Assembly: GCA_000320545.1 (NCBI GenBank)
Contig: ADNK01003516.1
Span: 1 to 55,715, forward strand
Length of the DNA stretch: 55,715 nucleotides
Direction of reading: 5' to 3'
From: Bigelowiella natans CCMP2755
Taxonomy: Eukaryota; Protista; Cercozoa
The position numbers and the translations under genes are program-made. Position 1 is the stretch's first letter. Each line of letters begins with the position of its first letter. Of the stretch, positions 1 through 13,879 are shown in pieces. The notes beneath the pieces were generated by a model, which made no database searches, was not told where the DNA came from, and saw only the letters and a list, made by a program, of their open reading frames with translations.

Positions 1-710
1 TTCTAGCATAAAATATTTGCCACCCACCGTATACGTGTATGATGCAAGAAAACACATCTCAGGTAAGTCTCCGACCTAATTATCATAAAATAATGATTCC
101 AGCATAATAAGTGATAATAATAAGGAAGAGGAGGGAAACAATTCATCAGAATAACAGCGCCTACTACATATGGTGATGATTTTATTCTTTTCATGAGAGG
201 GGGAAGGAGAGTGGAAAAAGGTGGAGAAGAAGAAGAAAGAATAGCAGCAAGCAAGAGATTCGTATGTTCTCTTAGGAGTGGTATTTCTTCTTCTTATTCT
301 TCTTCTTCTTCTTCTTCTTCTTCTTCTGCTGCTGCTGCTTCTCCATCATCTTTTTTCTGATTATTATTCTTAATATTTACTATCATCTCTATGTATTGAT
401 GTTTCCATTGATGTCATCATCATCGTTGTCGTCATCATCATCACCATCATCATTTACTTGTCACTTGCTTCTTTAAGAAAGGAGAGATTGATAGATAGAT
501 TAATTTATTGACTAATTAATCAATGAGCGGTCTTCTCTTATCTGACCCATCCACATCCACATCCACACCCACACCCACCCTTTTTTCTGACGCTCCTTCT
601 CCTCCTCCAAGAGCAATGTTGTATTTTGTTAATTGGACAAAATCCATGTTGCATATCATTTCTCCACGTTTCTTAAATTCTAAACAGCAGAAACACATAA
701 TCATATTACT

Positions 711-744
<34 letters not shown>

Positions 745-857
745 ATCCTGCACTCTGTTATGTATGAAATAAGCTGCTGAGGGTGAGGATGATGCGGATG
801 ATCTTTCAGGACTGCCCACTAACGTGTTGTTCCAAAACAGCAAAAGGGGTTGGGAGG

Positions 858-916
<59 letters not shown>

Positions 917-2405
917 TCTCTCGCTTTTCTCTCTCTATCTTAACGTATTCCACCTCTCCTTTTCGTCATCATATAGCAATAATACCTTAACCACAGCTGC
1001 TACTAACATCTACTACTACTACTAGTACTACTACTACTACTACTACTAGATTTGTTATTACCCCTGAGAGTAGACGTGGATGAGAGGTTGAGGAAACTCC
1101 ATATATCGTGATATCTGTGGATGGATGGATGGATGGATGGATCGATCATAAGAGGAGCGAGCAAAAGAAGAAGGAGAAGAAGAAAAAGAAAAATAAGAGA
1201 ATCATCGATCGTCGTAATCATCATGATTCGTATGATTTCTAGAAAGAAGTATTATTATTATTATTATTAGTAGTAGTAGTAGTAGTTGTTGTAGCACAAT
1301 GAAGGAGGCGTACCAAACATTATAATTAATGGGTTATAACTTTACTTATGTTCTTACCATTCCGACTACCCAACTAACCTTTGGCGTATGACTTTTGTAG
1401 TAGTAGTAGTAGTAGTAGTTGTTGTTGTTGTTGTTTAAATCATCGTGATGTATGCATATTATACATATGCGTGCATGTGTTAAAGAAGTGTTCTTACTAC
1501 CCTCCAAAAAGGAAAAACTTTCCAAATGGCCCTTTTTCATATGGCAAAGGCGGCTGGTACACCCCTGAAAAAGAGCACTGGGACAACAGCAGCCAGCAGC
1601 ACAACAACGGATATACACTCATCAGGCATGTAGGAATAGCAGTAGCCAAACATAACAATGCTGATAATAACGTATGATGATCTACCTGCCCTCTGTGCGA
1701 ATACATGCACCATGTGTTTGGGTCTTTCCAAAATCCTACAAAATAGAGAGAGTTTACAACATAGAAATTGATGAGAGGCTAAAATCAGCAATAATGTGAT
1801 TAATTGCTGCGTAGTAAGAAGGAGAAGGAAAAGAAACTCATCATCATCATTAAAATGAGGATGATTGGATTGATGAAGCAGCACCTAGTAATAGCACCAC
1901 CTACCTAATGGTCTTCTGATTTGGTTAATGCATTGTTCCCATTGATCTGACAACCCAGGCTTGATAATACGATTGCTGCTGCTGCTGTTACTGCTATTAT
2001 TATTTTGCTTGTTCCCCATTATCCTACTACTACTACTACTACTACTAGTAGTAGTAGTAGTAGTAGTACTTGCTACAGATCTTATCAACAACTCGACGAC
2101 GGGGCTGTAACTATCAAAAGGAAGAGAACCAAATCAAGAACAGAATTAGAAAAAGAAGAAGAAGAAAAAAAAGAAGAAGAAGAAGAAGAATACAACCCCA
2201 ATTTCTTCTTCTTCTTGTTGTTCTCTTAGTTTTTAAGGGTGTAGAGAAGAAATCGTTGTAAGTATACAATAGATGCTGATGATGATCATTGTCATCATCA
2301 TCATCATCATCTTACTACCACTCTGCTACTACAATAACTAACCCAAATGGAGGAGGAACTCCAGCTTCCCCATCACTAGAAGCCGGTACCTAAACAGAGT
2401 TGTTG

Positions 2406-2438
<33 letters not shown>

Positions 2439-2975
2439 AACCGATTACATTATTACTTTCTTTAACAGAACAGCAGCAGGAGGAGGAGGATCATTATTCG
2501 TATTAGTATTAGTACCAAATATGGAGGGTAAACGTAACCCTTTGGGAGGCAGTAATCTCTTGAGAATGTGTAGTAGAGAGAAAAAGAAGAACAACATGAT
2601 GAAGAAAACACAAATGAAAAGCAGAGACGTAATGAAACTGCGTGGTGGATCGCTGGAGCACGCTACAATCGACTATTCTGATGATTTGTGACTATGAAAC
2701 TAATCAAAACAGTAACGAAACCACCTAATAGAACATGCTTTTCCATTCTCTTGTAGTTTTTTGAATTCCTTCTCCTGATGATCATAATAGCTTTCTTACA
2801 TCATTGACTATCATCTTCATTATCATCATCATCCTTGTTATTATTTTCACCATTACTACCATCAACTACTAATCTCATCACACCTTGTAGCAACCAACAT
2901 CTTCTGCAAGCTTCCCCCACATTCGTCGCCTGGCAGAGTTTTGACCTGAAAACAACAATGTAATCGTAATCGTAA

Positions 2976-3038
<63 letters not shown>

Positions 3039-3433
3039 AATCATACTGATTTGATTTTAGATGATTGACCGTAGTGTAAGAATGAATGAGCGTAGATGTT
3101 CCAGTGCCTTTGTTGTCCTACTTGGACCTTTGCATAGTAGTAGCAGTAGTAGTAGTAGTAGTAGTAGTAGAGTAGTTGTTGTTGTAGTTGTAGTAGTAGT
3201 CGTAGTAGCAGCAGTAGTAGCAGTAACAGTATATTTTATACACCGCCTTTGTGATTTTTCTTCTTACTTAGTCTAACAACATCTAGCAAACGAGCAACCA
3301 CCTTGAATAGGTTTGCCAGGATATCCTCATTTGAGTCATAAAACGCAATCTGAGTAGTTGTTGTAGTTTTGTTGTAGTTGTTGTTGTAGTAGTAGTAGTG
3401 GTAGTAGGCAGTTGTAAAATAGTGTTCCTCCTT

Positions 3434-3469
<36 letters not shown>

Positions 3470-3665
3470 TAGTAGTAGGCAGTTGTAAAATAGTGTTCCT
3501 CCTTTATGAAAAGCAGAAGAAAAAGAGGAAGAAGGAGAAGGAGAAGGAGAAGATCATAATGATGAGAAAAAATGGAGACTTGTTTCCCTCCTCCTCCTCC
3601 TCCTCCTACTACTATTACTACTACTACTGCTACTGCTAGCACCTGTGCACTTGCCCCCCCTAATT

Positions 3666-3703
<38 letters not shown>

Positions 3704-4534
3704 ACTACTGCTAGCACCTGTGCACTTGCCCCCCCTAATTCAAGACTTCCGTAGGCATTCAAAGGTGACGCAGTACCTTAATAATAATAGTAACAATAGT
3801 AACGATATATACTAAGCTTCATCGTACTACTATAAGAGGATTCTACTCTGCTGTGCATCATACTAAAAAGAACAAAGTCGCATTTCTTCCTTTTCTTCTT
3901 CTTCTTGAATTTGATGCTGCTGCTACTATTAATGGTACTTGTACCTGATCCCCACGAATACTTAAGCAAAGCTCCAGTAGCGTAATTAATGGCGGTCCAC
4001 GCATACGCAGCCTGATCAGCACAGATATCAAATATATAAAGAGCACAATGAAGAAGAAGGAAGACTTAAAATGTAGAAGCGATTTGGATGATGATGATGA
4101 TAATGATGATAGTGATGATCATTCATAGTAGCACGGCAGCAGAGAAGGCAGCCGATTTGAATAATATAGGACGGCGATGCGAAGTATCATTATGATATCA
4201 TGCAAAAGGGACCATGCTAGCATATATTATGCATAGTATCATTTCATTTGATGATTACAACAAATAACTCACACTACTACTAACTACGACATATCATATA
4301 CTTCTTCTTCTCCAGATATGACACGAGCAGCATCGAATTCCTTGATGTTAATGATGGATGGTCAATCAATGTTAATGATGGTCAATCATGATGGTGATAA
4401 TGCTGCTGGTGGTGTTAGCAGTGTTATTATTGATCATCACGACGGTTGGTGCTTGCTCAATTTAACAGCTGCTAAGATACGGATAAGGACATATCATTCT
4501 TGTCACACACCATATTGTAATAATTGTATCCTTG

Positions 4535-4570
<36 letters not shown>

Positions 4571-6154
4571 GTGTGTGACATTATATTATACTCTGATTAT
4601 TAACATGTTGTTTAAGAATTATAGCTGCTTTGATGTGTCTGTTCTCTTTGTTCAGCGTATAGTCATGCTGCTGCTGCTGGTGGTGGTGGTGGTGGTGCAC
4701 AAGAGGAAACGGAGGAGGGGGAGGATGAAACAACAGCTCTTTCATGATTACTGGTCTAATACCCCAGTACTATTACCACTACAATTATTGCAAACTAGAA
4801 CCACCATTGTTATTGTTGTTCATAGAAGTATTCATCAAGAAACAAATAGGCGACCACCCATATCGTCTATCATATAGTTTGCCACGTTGTGTAGTATTAT
4901 TACCTCAAAGTAGAAAGGACAAGTACTGTTGTTGAGAAAAAAGTCTCGAATTACCTAATAAAAGCAATGAGAAGAACGATACCATATTATTAACTACTGC
5001 TGGATATTAATTTCTTCTTTTGTGCGAATAATCCCTTCATTTGCAGTTATTTTTTAACAGAAAAATGCTGAAATACATCAGGCAAAGTAGTACTTATGTT
5101 TGCTACTAATAAGGAGTGAGTGCGTAGGTACAACCGCTATAAGTTTTTTCCTTGGTTCTGCAGGGAGTTCGCGTAATCCTGCAGTCGCCTTAAGATAAAT
5201 AGGATAGTAGCCCCACCTAGATCAAGACAACAAGAAGACGAAGACAATCAATGGATTCGATATTTGTACGCACAAATTAAATAATCACGGGGAAAAGCTC
5301 TTTCTTTTTGTGACGTAGGAGGCAGTTCTTATGGCGAACTACCAAAACTAGTGGTCTCACAGAAAAACTACCACTGCTTTACATGGGCCAGTCGCGATTT
5401 AACCCACTCCAACAACACGTTTAAGACCTGGTAAAATGTAGTAGCACACACCAGTAGCATTGAGCATCATCCGCAGCAGCAAGGAATAAAAACAAGTTAA
5501 AAGGATGATGGATGCTATGTAATAAAAAGTATTAAACAAAAATAGATTCTTTCCTATCTACTACTACTAGTACTACTACTACTACTACTATTTGTAATAC
5601 CGTTTTTACGGATTTTGGATATTGCCAGTACGCGGACAATCCAGGCTTTACCTACTCATATTCGGAGTATCATAGGGAATCATATTCAATTGGATTAGAA
5701 GTACAAGAAAGATGATGATGATGTTGAAGAAGAACAAGAACAAGAACAAGAAGAAGACTAGCTTAGAAGGATGAAGGATCAGTAACATTCGTACTTTCTC
5801 AGTCCAAGCAACATTTGTGACAGGATACGACAATGGAGGTGGAAGCTCCGACACCCTATTTATACACGATACGTCAAAAAATGAAAGGGGAGAAAAATTA
5901 GAAGATGATGATTGATGGTGATGATGTAGCAGTGAAGGAATATCCCCAGCAACACCGTCCGCGGTCAACACTGCTAGCTACCTTCTCGTTTTCCACTCAA
6001 AGAGGTGTGCCCTTGAACCCCCACTTCCTGCATCAATCATAATACCGTACTGTGTCGCAGTTGGTGGGGTTAAAGGCGCTGCGTTGCTCCGAAGAATGAT
6101 TATCAAGGACAATAAAGTAAAGCACATAGGAGGGGGTGAGTGCAACATCGGCAT
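1..6154 (-). CDS. GDA1/CD39-family nucleoside di/triphosphatase (apyrase/NTPDase), multi-exon, 3' end runs off the window
   Basis: Spliced exons carry the apyrase conserved regions in order: signal peptide then YGIMIDAGSGGSRAHLFEW (ACR1, ~6060-5990), VKPGLSAY (~5650), IYLKATAGLREL (ACR2, ~5200-5165), AAYAWTAINY (ACR3, ~4010), YGSLELGGASAQ (ACR4, ~3755-3720), IYAHSFLHYG (~3095-3070), CSFSGVYQPP (~1575) and LPEMCFLASYTY (~65-30). Exons are bounded by GT-AG. Confidence 0.92.
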
Positions 6155-6428
6155 CGCCGATGCCACCACGTTGTCACGAGATATATTTATTTTCCAATGT
6201 AATTTATTTATTTATACAGAATTTGGTCAGTCGCAGAGCCAAATTACATCCAAACTGACAACTACGACATCCAAAAAATATCGAGTATCAGGTCTGTCGT
6301 AGATGCGAAATACTCATGAACTTACATACTGCGACATTGTGATCACATCATATTAAATTAAAGCAAGCTTTTATTGGCTTATTGATCAACGCTAGATGAT
6401 GAGTAGTACAGTAGTTGTGTCGTCCATT

Positions 6429-6463
<35 letters not shown>

Positions 6464-6482
6464 CTACGACAAGATAATAACC

Positions 6483-9400
6483 ATGTCTCTTAAGAAATAT
6501 ACCCTGAAGAATGATGCGACTGAGGATGATAGGTACCTATTGTCTGCAGGAGTACAAGCAGCACAAATTAGGCAGCAGCGCGCAGGGGAACTTCTGCCTC
6601 TATCCCTTTCCAATATTCCACTCACAACGTGTTGCAGTAAGGGATTTTCAGCGACCGCCTCCTACATGATCAAGAGTTTTAAAAATTCGACTCTTGGAAC
6701 ACGAAGTTTTGCTGTTGCATTCTGCACACTGCTACTTACTGGTGTTCTCATATTCGCATGCTCAGTCATTTGGACTCTCTCAATAGATCTCAAACAAAGA
6801 TTTCCGGAGAATGGAAGTATAGTTGAGCAGCCGAGCCGCCAAGATCTTTTCGAAGAAATATCGGAAGAGGTATTCCTCAAAACAGCGAAGTCGGATTGAT
6901 CGATTGTTGATATTTTCTGAAAGGTTATACCGGGACTTGAGGACTTTTTTTATAGAAGAGAGACTGCCGATCTATTAAACATTGCTGGTTCCAACCGCTC
7001 GATGCTCACGCCTGCGCAAAAAATAAATTGTACAGGCATAGTTTACCAGAAATACATCGAAGCTACGAGACTGAGACTTGGAGGAAACTCAACAATGACA
7101 ATTTTCTCCAATCCGACGGTCATAAATGAAATCTTGAATTCGCTAGACCTTAAAGAGCATGAATCAATAGTAAATCTGATGAGGCCTTGGTTGGAAGAGC
7201 CACAACCAATTAAAAGCGTAATCGAACTTAGTCGACAGTGTGTAGCAGATAACGTTTATCTGGCAGAAGCAGCTTGCATTCTTGCAGAAGACCCAGGGCT
7301 CCTACAGTTTTATGAGGGCTTAGACCAAGTTCACATTTTGTACCTAAATTATGGTGTTGTTTTGGAGGTCCTGACTCGAGAATCTGTGAATAGTTCAATC
7401 TTTCGCCATCAAGTATTTCACCATCTTGTTACCAGATTCTGGGTTTCATCCTTAGAAAACTTGGGAAGAGGAGAAGGAAGGAGGAGGAACGAAGAGTTTA
7501 GGAATTTTATTGCTCAGAAATTAAATTCTATCTTTCAGTTAATGAGAGAAACTATGGATGATAGAACGTCTACCTACAACCCGCGCGCTAAGGTTGCATC
7601 TCTTCATTTGAACATCGCCGAGGCTGGAGCTATAGAAGTTGCAGATGGATTGGACGAAAATGCTATGGCATCATTATTACTAAACTATAATGTCAATAAT
7701 CTTTACCGTCAAAATTTCGTCGCAGATGTTGATTGGCCACTTGGCAAAGACTGGACCGACATGTATATATCCTGGAACTCAGCTTATGTCGCACGATTTC
7801 AACGGTCGTTATTTGCAATCACACTGCTTATTCCATCAGTTGTATGCACCGGGCATTCAAGGGATGCCGAAGACTGGATAGCCGCAAGGGTAATGAGTCT
7901 CGGTCTTAGCCTTGCCTTCAGATTTGGAAAGGAGAACAACATATTTCAAGCTTCTGAGTTAGACTTTGAATATCCACTGTCATTAATGAAAAAAATGGGA
8001 CGCAGAAATCTTGAAGTAACTTCGCAATTTGTCGCTGTTCAAAGCGACACTGATTGGAAGGACATGTTTAAATCACTTTATCCGGATAGAGACGTGAAGA
8101 GTTGGTGGTTTAGTGATACTAGCCCTCTGGACAGACTAGGGGGTACACAATTTGAACTCTTTGTGATGGGTGTAGTCACAATAACCATTATAATGACGGG
8201 TCTTGGCATGGAGCTTCAGATTGGTTCTCGTATTATAGATTATGTAAGCAAGAATAATAAGAAAACCTGGCTTTGGCCGCTCGCTCAGTTCTTCTTCCCC
8301 TTTTTCACGACAATCGCAATAGTTTCACAAAGCGTTTTTTCTTTCCCATTTCTTGTTCTGGGACTGTGGAAATTTGGATTTCCCGAGACGGTAGCATATA
8401 CACATGATGCAGAGAGATTATTGAGAAAGAATCAAGTTCTGGCTGCAACCCCGGCGATATTTAACGCTCTTGGAACTTTTCTTCATCACTCGGCATCGGC
8501 GTACGTCGTTGTGGGGCTCTCCATTCGAACCTATGAGCTAACCAAGGAGTTGACATCGATTCTTTTTGTTCTTGTCATTCAGCACTGGTTTGCAATATTG
8601 AAGTACATCCACTACAATGCCTACATTATTGTGGAGTTTTTATTGGATATCTGGTTTCATTGGGAATGGTTTTCTCACTTTGAACACTTTATCCGAGAGC
8701 ATGAAGAAAGGTATGACGCAGTAGGACCCGGAATTGCCGTGTGCATGCTACTATCACATTGGTTCTTCATCCTCGCTGTATGCTTTGAGATTTTTAATTC
8801 AAGGGTGAATATTTCATATTTGAGGTCAAACAAGAAAATTGAGGAAGTAAAAGGTAACCATTACAATGGTGAGCGCCTGGATGCATCGTCAAGACGACAA
8901 CATAGACGGCACATACGATCCTCCTCATATGGAATTGATAGTTTTTTGGAGTCTCCGCACCAAATCTCGGAACTTCGCACTCGATTTCGTGCTCGAACTA
9001 TGTCAATGGGAGGGTTTGTTCCCAATGATACAAAACTCAAAGTACCACATGATCCTACTGCGTCTGCACCGAGTTTGATACCGCAACAGCTTCTACCATC
9101 ACCGAGGCAAGCTGGACATCGCATCGGCTCACCTAATCGCATGCACAATGATAGCTGTCGTACAAAGTCGCAGCAATTCACACCATTGCCTTCTAGCATG
9201 CTTTTGTTGCAGGTTGCATCGTTGAATGAGGGTGCTAAGGATCCCCTACAACCTCAGGAGCCAAAGGATGAGCAGTCAGTCTCGCGAAAGAAAATATTGC
9301 CATCGAAGAATAATCAACTTGAACGTATGTCGACAGAGCAATCTATTTCACAAAATAAACATAGGAATTCGTCAAATGAGGATGATGGAATACGGTCTAG

Positions 9401-9776
9401 TTCTCCACAAATTCCTTCGGAGAAAAAGGACCAGTACTTTCTTCGGAAAAAAAGAGTTGACAGCGATAGTCCAGAGAGCCAGCGAACACGACGATCTAGT
9501 ACCCAAAATCGATTTAGAACATCATCGAGAACACGTACTCCTCCTGGTTCTGCTCGACAATCTGCTCAAAAAAAGAACAACAATCCCATAATGGGAAAGT
9601 CAAGTCACTCTAACAGCATAGGAAATGGGAATGATAATCATTCCCAACTCAAAACTGATAACAGCAACCCCATAATGGGGCAGTCAAGTCACATTAACAG
9701 CATAGAAAACGGAAATGAAAATCATCCCCAACTCGATAATAATTACGAGACAGAAAGTTCCTGGGGACATGTGTAG
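6483..9776 (+). CDS. Uncharacterised multipass membrane protein (~1080 aa): N-terminal TM, large soluble domain, ~7 TM His-rich domain, disordered tail
   Basis: Exon 1 6483-6869, phase-0 GT-AG intron 6870-6923, exon 2 6924-9776 in frame with the 924-aa ORF. Hydrophobic helices carry the motifs GLWKFGFPET, FLHHSAS, IQHWF, WFHWEW and LSHWF. Confidence 0.85.
9580..9740 (+). repeat. In-frame ~84-nt tandem duplication in the coding tail
   Basis: NNPIMGKSSHSNSIGNGNDNHSQL is followed by SNPIMGQSSHINSIENGNENHPQL. Confidence 0.85.
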
Positions 9777-9949
9777 GACATTCGTGAGATCACTAAGGAG
9801 ATGATGTTCATCTTGAATGTGGTTATATAGTTGCTACCACTCATTTACTTGAATAAGGTGACAAACAAATGTGGTATCCAATGCACAATGTATGTAAATA
9901 TACATGTTCATATTACATTTATTTGTTCATAGAATGCCTTTGTCTTTCA

Positions 9950-11000
9950 GCATGATTTGATGTTCTTTTTGGCTGTGCAGATCTGCAGATCTAGGCATGG
10001 TCTAGACAATGCCTAGATGTGCAAATGTAGCCCCACGTCAGTTGACGTGCATCGCCCATCCGCGATGAATTTGCACAGCTCCAGAGCTAGCAGCATGAAC
10101 TTTCTGTGAGCGCAAGAATTGCACACATGCACAAAAAAATATGTCGCTTTGACCCAACGTCGGATTGATGATATATATTGTGTATTGCTGTGTCTATTAT
10201 ATTGTCCACTGATCCACTATACAACTGCAAACAAAGCTCAGCACACAGCAGCATGCACTCAATCTAGCAATGTCCAGATGTGCATGTTGATGTTGAAATT
10301 CCGACCAAGCTAGCAAGGCTAGAAGGCCAGATGGTCACACAGCAGGTTCTAGCTGGAAGGTTGAAAGTGATGATGGCATGCGTTGTCATGTTTTCACGGC
10401 ATGCTGGCATCCAGGTCTAGCTAGCTAGAGGTGGCTAGATGGGATTATTGGGCATGCCAGCATGACCAACCTAGCAATGCCAGAATAGCTGACAGGACGG
10501 TCCAGCGTTGCGTGCATAATGTGTCGCGAGTCGCACGCAAGGTGGGCCACTGCAGTGGCGTGCAGACTGAGCGCCACATGCTAGCATGCTGTTTAGTGAA
10601 TCAATTCAGCACTGGAGGATCACAAATCATGTTCATGCATCAGCACATTTCTTCAAAATTCTCAATGTTGCAGGCTAGCAGGCTAGCATGTCCATTGACA
10701 AGTCAAATGAATGGTGCACTAATCTGCATGTTGAGATGTGACACTCAGCTGTTGCTAGATTGCATCAAATTTCTGTGCAAAAGTGGTCTCGTCATAGCGC
10801 TGTCACAGCGCACCGCCCCTGTCTAGCTGTGTTGCCACGCATCATGCATCATCCAGCATAAGCCTTCATGTGCAAGAGCAGGCAATTTAACGATGCAATG
10901 ATGTTGTGACGAACTTGGACTGATCAGAAATGCATGTGTGGTTTGCCGATGTGGAACAAAGTGTTCTCACATGACGAATTGAGTTGAGTGAATTCAAAGT
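9950..11000. other. CATG/TGCA/CTAG-rich intergenic block at a convergent gene junction
   Basis: Dense GCTAGC/CATG/TGCA words, palindrome CATGCTAGCATG at 10577-10588, residual tcgcgagtcgcacgc near 10525, no microsatellites and no credible ORF. Confidence 0.7.
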
Positions 11001-11081
11001 CCCCACTAAGCTGCTGAGTGTGTGCGGGATGTCAAGTGGAACATTCTCACCGTTCGCACAAGAGGAAGAAGATGCCCGAAA

Positions 11082-12086
11082 CTAGCAAATGTTACAGCCT
11101 TTTCTGCTTGCAGCAACTTCGTTATTTCTTCGGCTCAATAATCCTGCATTTGCCTGGTGAGCATCATCCTGTTCTCGATCGTTTTCATCATTTTTTTCAG
11201 CTTCCATATACAGAGTAAAACAGCTTGTAGGATATTTGAAGTCATCAAGAATAATAGTAGCTTTTGCAGAGTGGGCAGCCAGTTGCAATATAATTGTATT
11301 TTTTTTTGCAAACGGTTGTGTCTTTTTCTTTTTCTGATTCTCACTTTCCATGCTACCATCAAGTCGATTTCCTCCATTGTGGAATTCTTTTGTTTTGAAA
11401 ACAGTTCTTCCCAATTTCCCAACACAGACTTTCGCACTAATGTTATCAGTTTTTCCTTCGAAATTTTCGCACCGAATTTTAATGTGAGCTTTACGATCTT
11501 TTTGTGGATTTTGTTCTTCTCTCATCAATTCACGTTCTCTATCCTCTTTGGTATTTGATTCAAGAAGAACACAAAAAGTGCCTCCTTCTCGATTCCCTTG
11601 ACACTTAAATATAAGTTCTCCAATGTAAGTTTGATGGCGATTGTACGCCGACTTGCCCAAACTGCTACTACTTCCGAAACTGGAAGTAGTAGTGGCAGTA
11701 GGGTCTACAAAAGGTCTTGGATTGACCTGGGAATGAAACCATCATCATCATATTACATGACGACGGAACACACCCATCACCACGATAGATCATGCCGCTG
11801 GAAAAACGACTAACACTTAAACTACTCTTTTAAGCATAGTTTACCTTCCGACTTATGCACTGGATATTCTCAAACATACGTTCCATTTTTGCATAGTTCT
11901 CTGTTATTGAAACTTCATACTTGACTTCATCGAGGTTATGAATAGGCTTTGTGCAAGTACAATGTTCGTCGATATCTTCTGCATGCATTCTGAGCTCTTT
12001 TAGAATGCCGTGTTCAGATTCCAACACGAATTCCACGAAATTCACCTCTCCGGTCGCGGTATTGATTTGAAAAGAATCCGTGGAAG

Positions 12087-12136
<50 letters not shown>

Positions 12137-12747
12137 TCTATTTTAGGTAGATGTACTATATTTGTCAACCTCAAGGCATGTGAACAAAGCATCAAATTAC
12201 CATTGTCCAGAAGATATTTGATGGCATCTACCGACACATTAAAGATGAGCCGGCTGCTCTCCGAGTTATAATCAAATGTTGTGAAATCGCGATGGTCCAA
12301 GGACAACTATATGTAATATTGTTCGATTTCTTACAATCACTATGTTGAATGCATTAAAAAAGTTTTGGATATGGATGTTATGGTTATGCATGTGAGCAAC
12401 AGCGGTGATGATGGTGGGTGCGTGTGAGTGGAATAAATGTATGAGAGAAACATGTTTGTATCTGTTCTGAGCTTGTAAACCTCTGTCAAAGATCCTGTGG
12501 AAGGTGACTGAGACTGAAATCTTATCCCTTTTGAGTCACAGATTAAAAACACGTTTTTCCAATCAGGGAGGCGACGAATAGCTTGGAAGAATGCTGGTTT
12601 CTGGATGACAGAAAAAGCTATTTTCACTTCTTGATTTTACGTAAGACCGTTTTCAATATTGAACACCTTTTCAATCCTAGCCGAGCATGTTCCAGTTGAC
12701 GAATCAATGCGATAAGTTTTCTCACTTCTATACTTAAACCGCACCAT
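11082..12747 (-). CDS. Highly divergent PCNA/9-1-1-like DNA sliding-clamp-fold protein, multi-exon
   Basis: Model MVRFKYRK|VKIAFSVIQKPAFFQAIRRLPDWKNVFLICDSKGIRFQSQSPSTGSLTE|LSLDHRDFTTFDYNSESSRLIFNVSVDAIKYLL...ELIFKCQG follows the PCNA pattern ([33 protein letters not shown]...GVNLTSMSKIL). The last exon 11726-11082 is in frame. Confidence 0.62.
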
Positions 12748-13058
12748 GCTATGATGATGAGGTACAGGTAGTTTGAATTGGTCAGATTCGTAGATGAGAA
12801 CGTTCTGAGAACGTTCTGTTAGTAAACACAAACATGTGATGCAATTTGTTGTAGTCTAGGGCTTTTCTACATTGCGACAAAACCAATATCATAATTTGGC
12901 TAGCATACATTATGTGCATGGCGTTTTACCACTGCGACTTGCCAAGTCCAGATAATTAACTAAAAAAGAGCAGTAGTAAGCAGTCGTACACGTGCTCTCG
13001 GAGGGAGGAGAGAGAGCGTACGAACCATCCAGAGGCAATAAGTCCGTCTGGAGAAATC

Positions 13059-13773
13059 ATGCGCAATAACAGAGAAGCAAAGGCTGAAATCCAAGCTGCT
13101 CCTGCTGCTTTACCAAAACATGCCTTCGATCCGCAACCTACGAAAATAGTTCTGAAAGAGCTGCCACTGGAGGTAAGTGTCTGGATAATATGATTTCTGT
13201 GATCTCAGTCCTATGGTGATGATATTGTTGCTGTTGGTAGTGGTGATGTGATGATGGTGGTGGTGATGATGATCATTATGACACATCGAAGGAGCAAGAG
13301 CTAAAAATAGACAACAAATTTAAAATTATCAGGATGGAACTTGTAAAGCTACAGAAGAAGGGCACAGACTAGTATCTGTGCGAAAAAGGAAGATGAATAC
13401 AAATAATGGAAGAGAAGGATACAAGGGTGCTGATGGTTCTCACAATAGTAGCAGCAAGGATCTTCCGATTATTATCGATGAGAAGATGATACCAATCAAA
13501 CGCACGCGACGTAATACCACCAGCAGCCCGTATTTGAAGAATTCTGCTGCTACTACAACTCTTAATGATGCATTGCGAGGTACTGCTATCATCATCATGA
13601 TCAACGTGCTCATTGATTGGTTAAAACAAAGTATTCTGAACGAATAAAAAATACCCCTGCTATCATCCATCCATCCATAAATCCCAATTAGAATTGGATC
13701 AATATGGCTTTACAATCCTTCCATCTACAACAATTTCCCAAAGATGGATCCGAAATGCACTGGTGAGAGAGAG

Positions 13774-13822
<49 letters not shown>

Positions 13823-13840
13823 GGGAGGGGGAGGGGAGAG

Positions 13841-13879
<39 letters not shown>

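Noticed and set aside
3403-3742. CRISPR-like repeat-spacer array
   Set aside because: Only two copies of each unit, the spacers are microsatellites, the context is eukaryotic and there are no cas genes.
8150-8800. Microbial rhodopsin (about 7 TM helices)
   Set aside because: The last helix (GIAVCMLLSHWFFILAV) has no retinal-binding Lys and there are no rhodopsin motifs.
10119-10826. ORFs of 64 and 131 aa in the CATG-rich block, and similar ORFs at 16559-16951 and 34532-34959
   Set aside because: Their Cys/Met/His/Ala bias is explained by TG/CA-rich composition; no domain or splice support is visible.
12630-12647. 18-nt nucleomorph-style intron or stop readthrough joining two in-frame ORFs
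   Set aside because: A conventional donor (AGA A|gtgaga near 12725) gives a simpler ~95-nt intron and an in-frame model.
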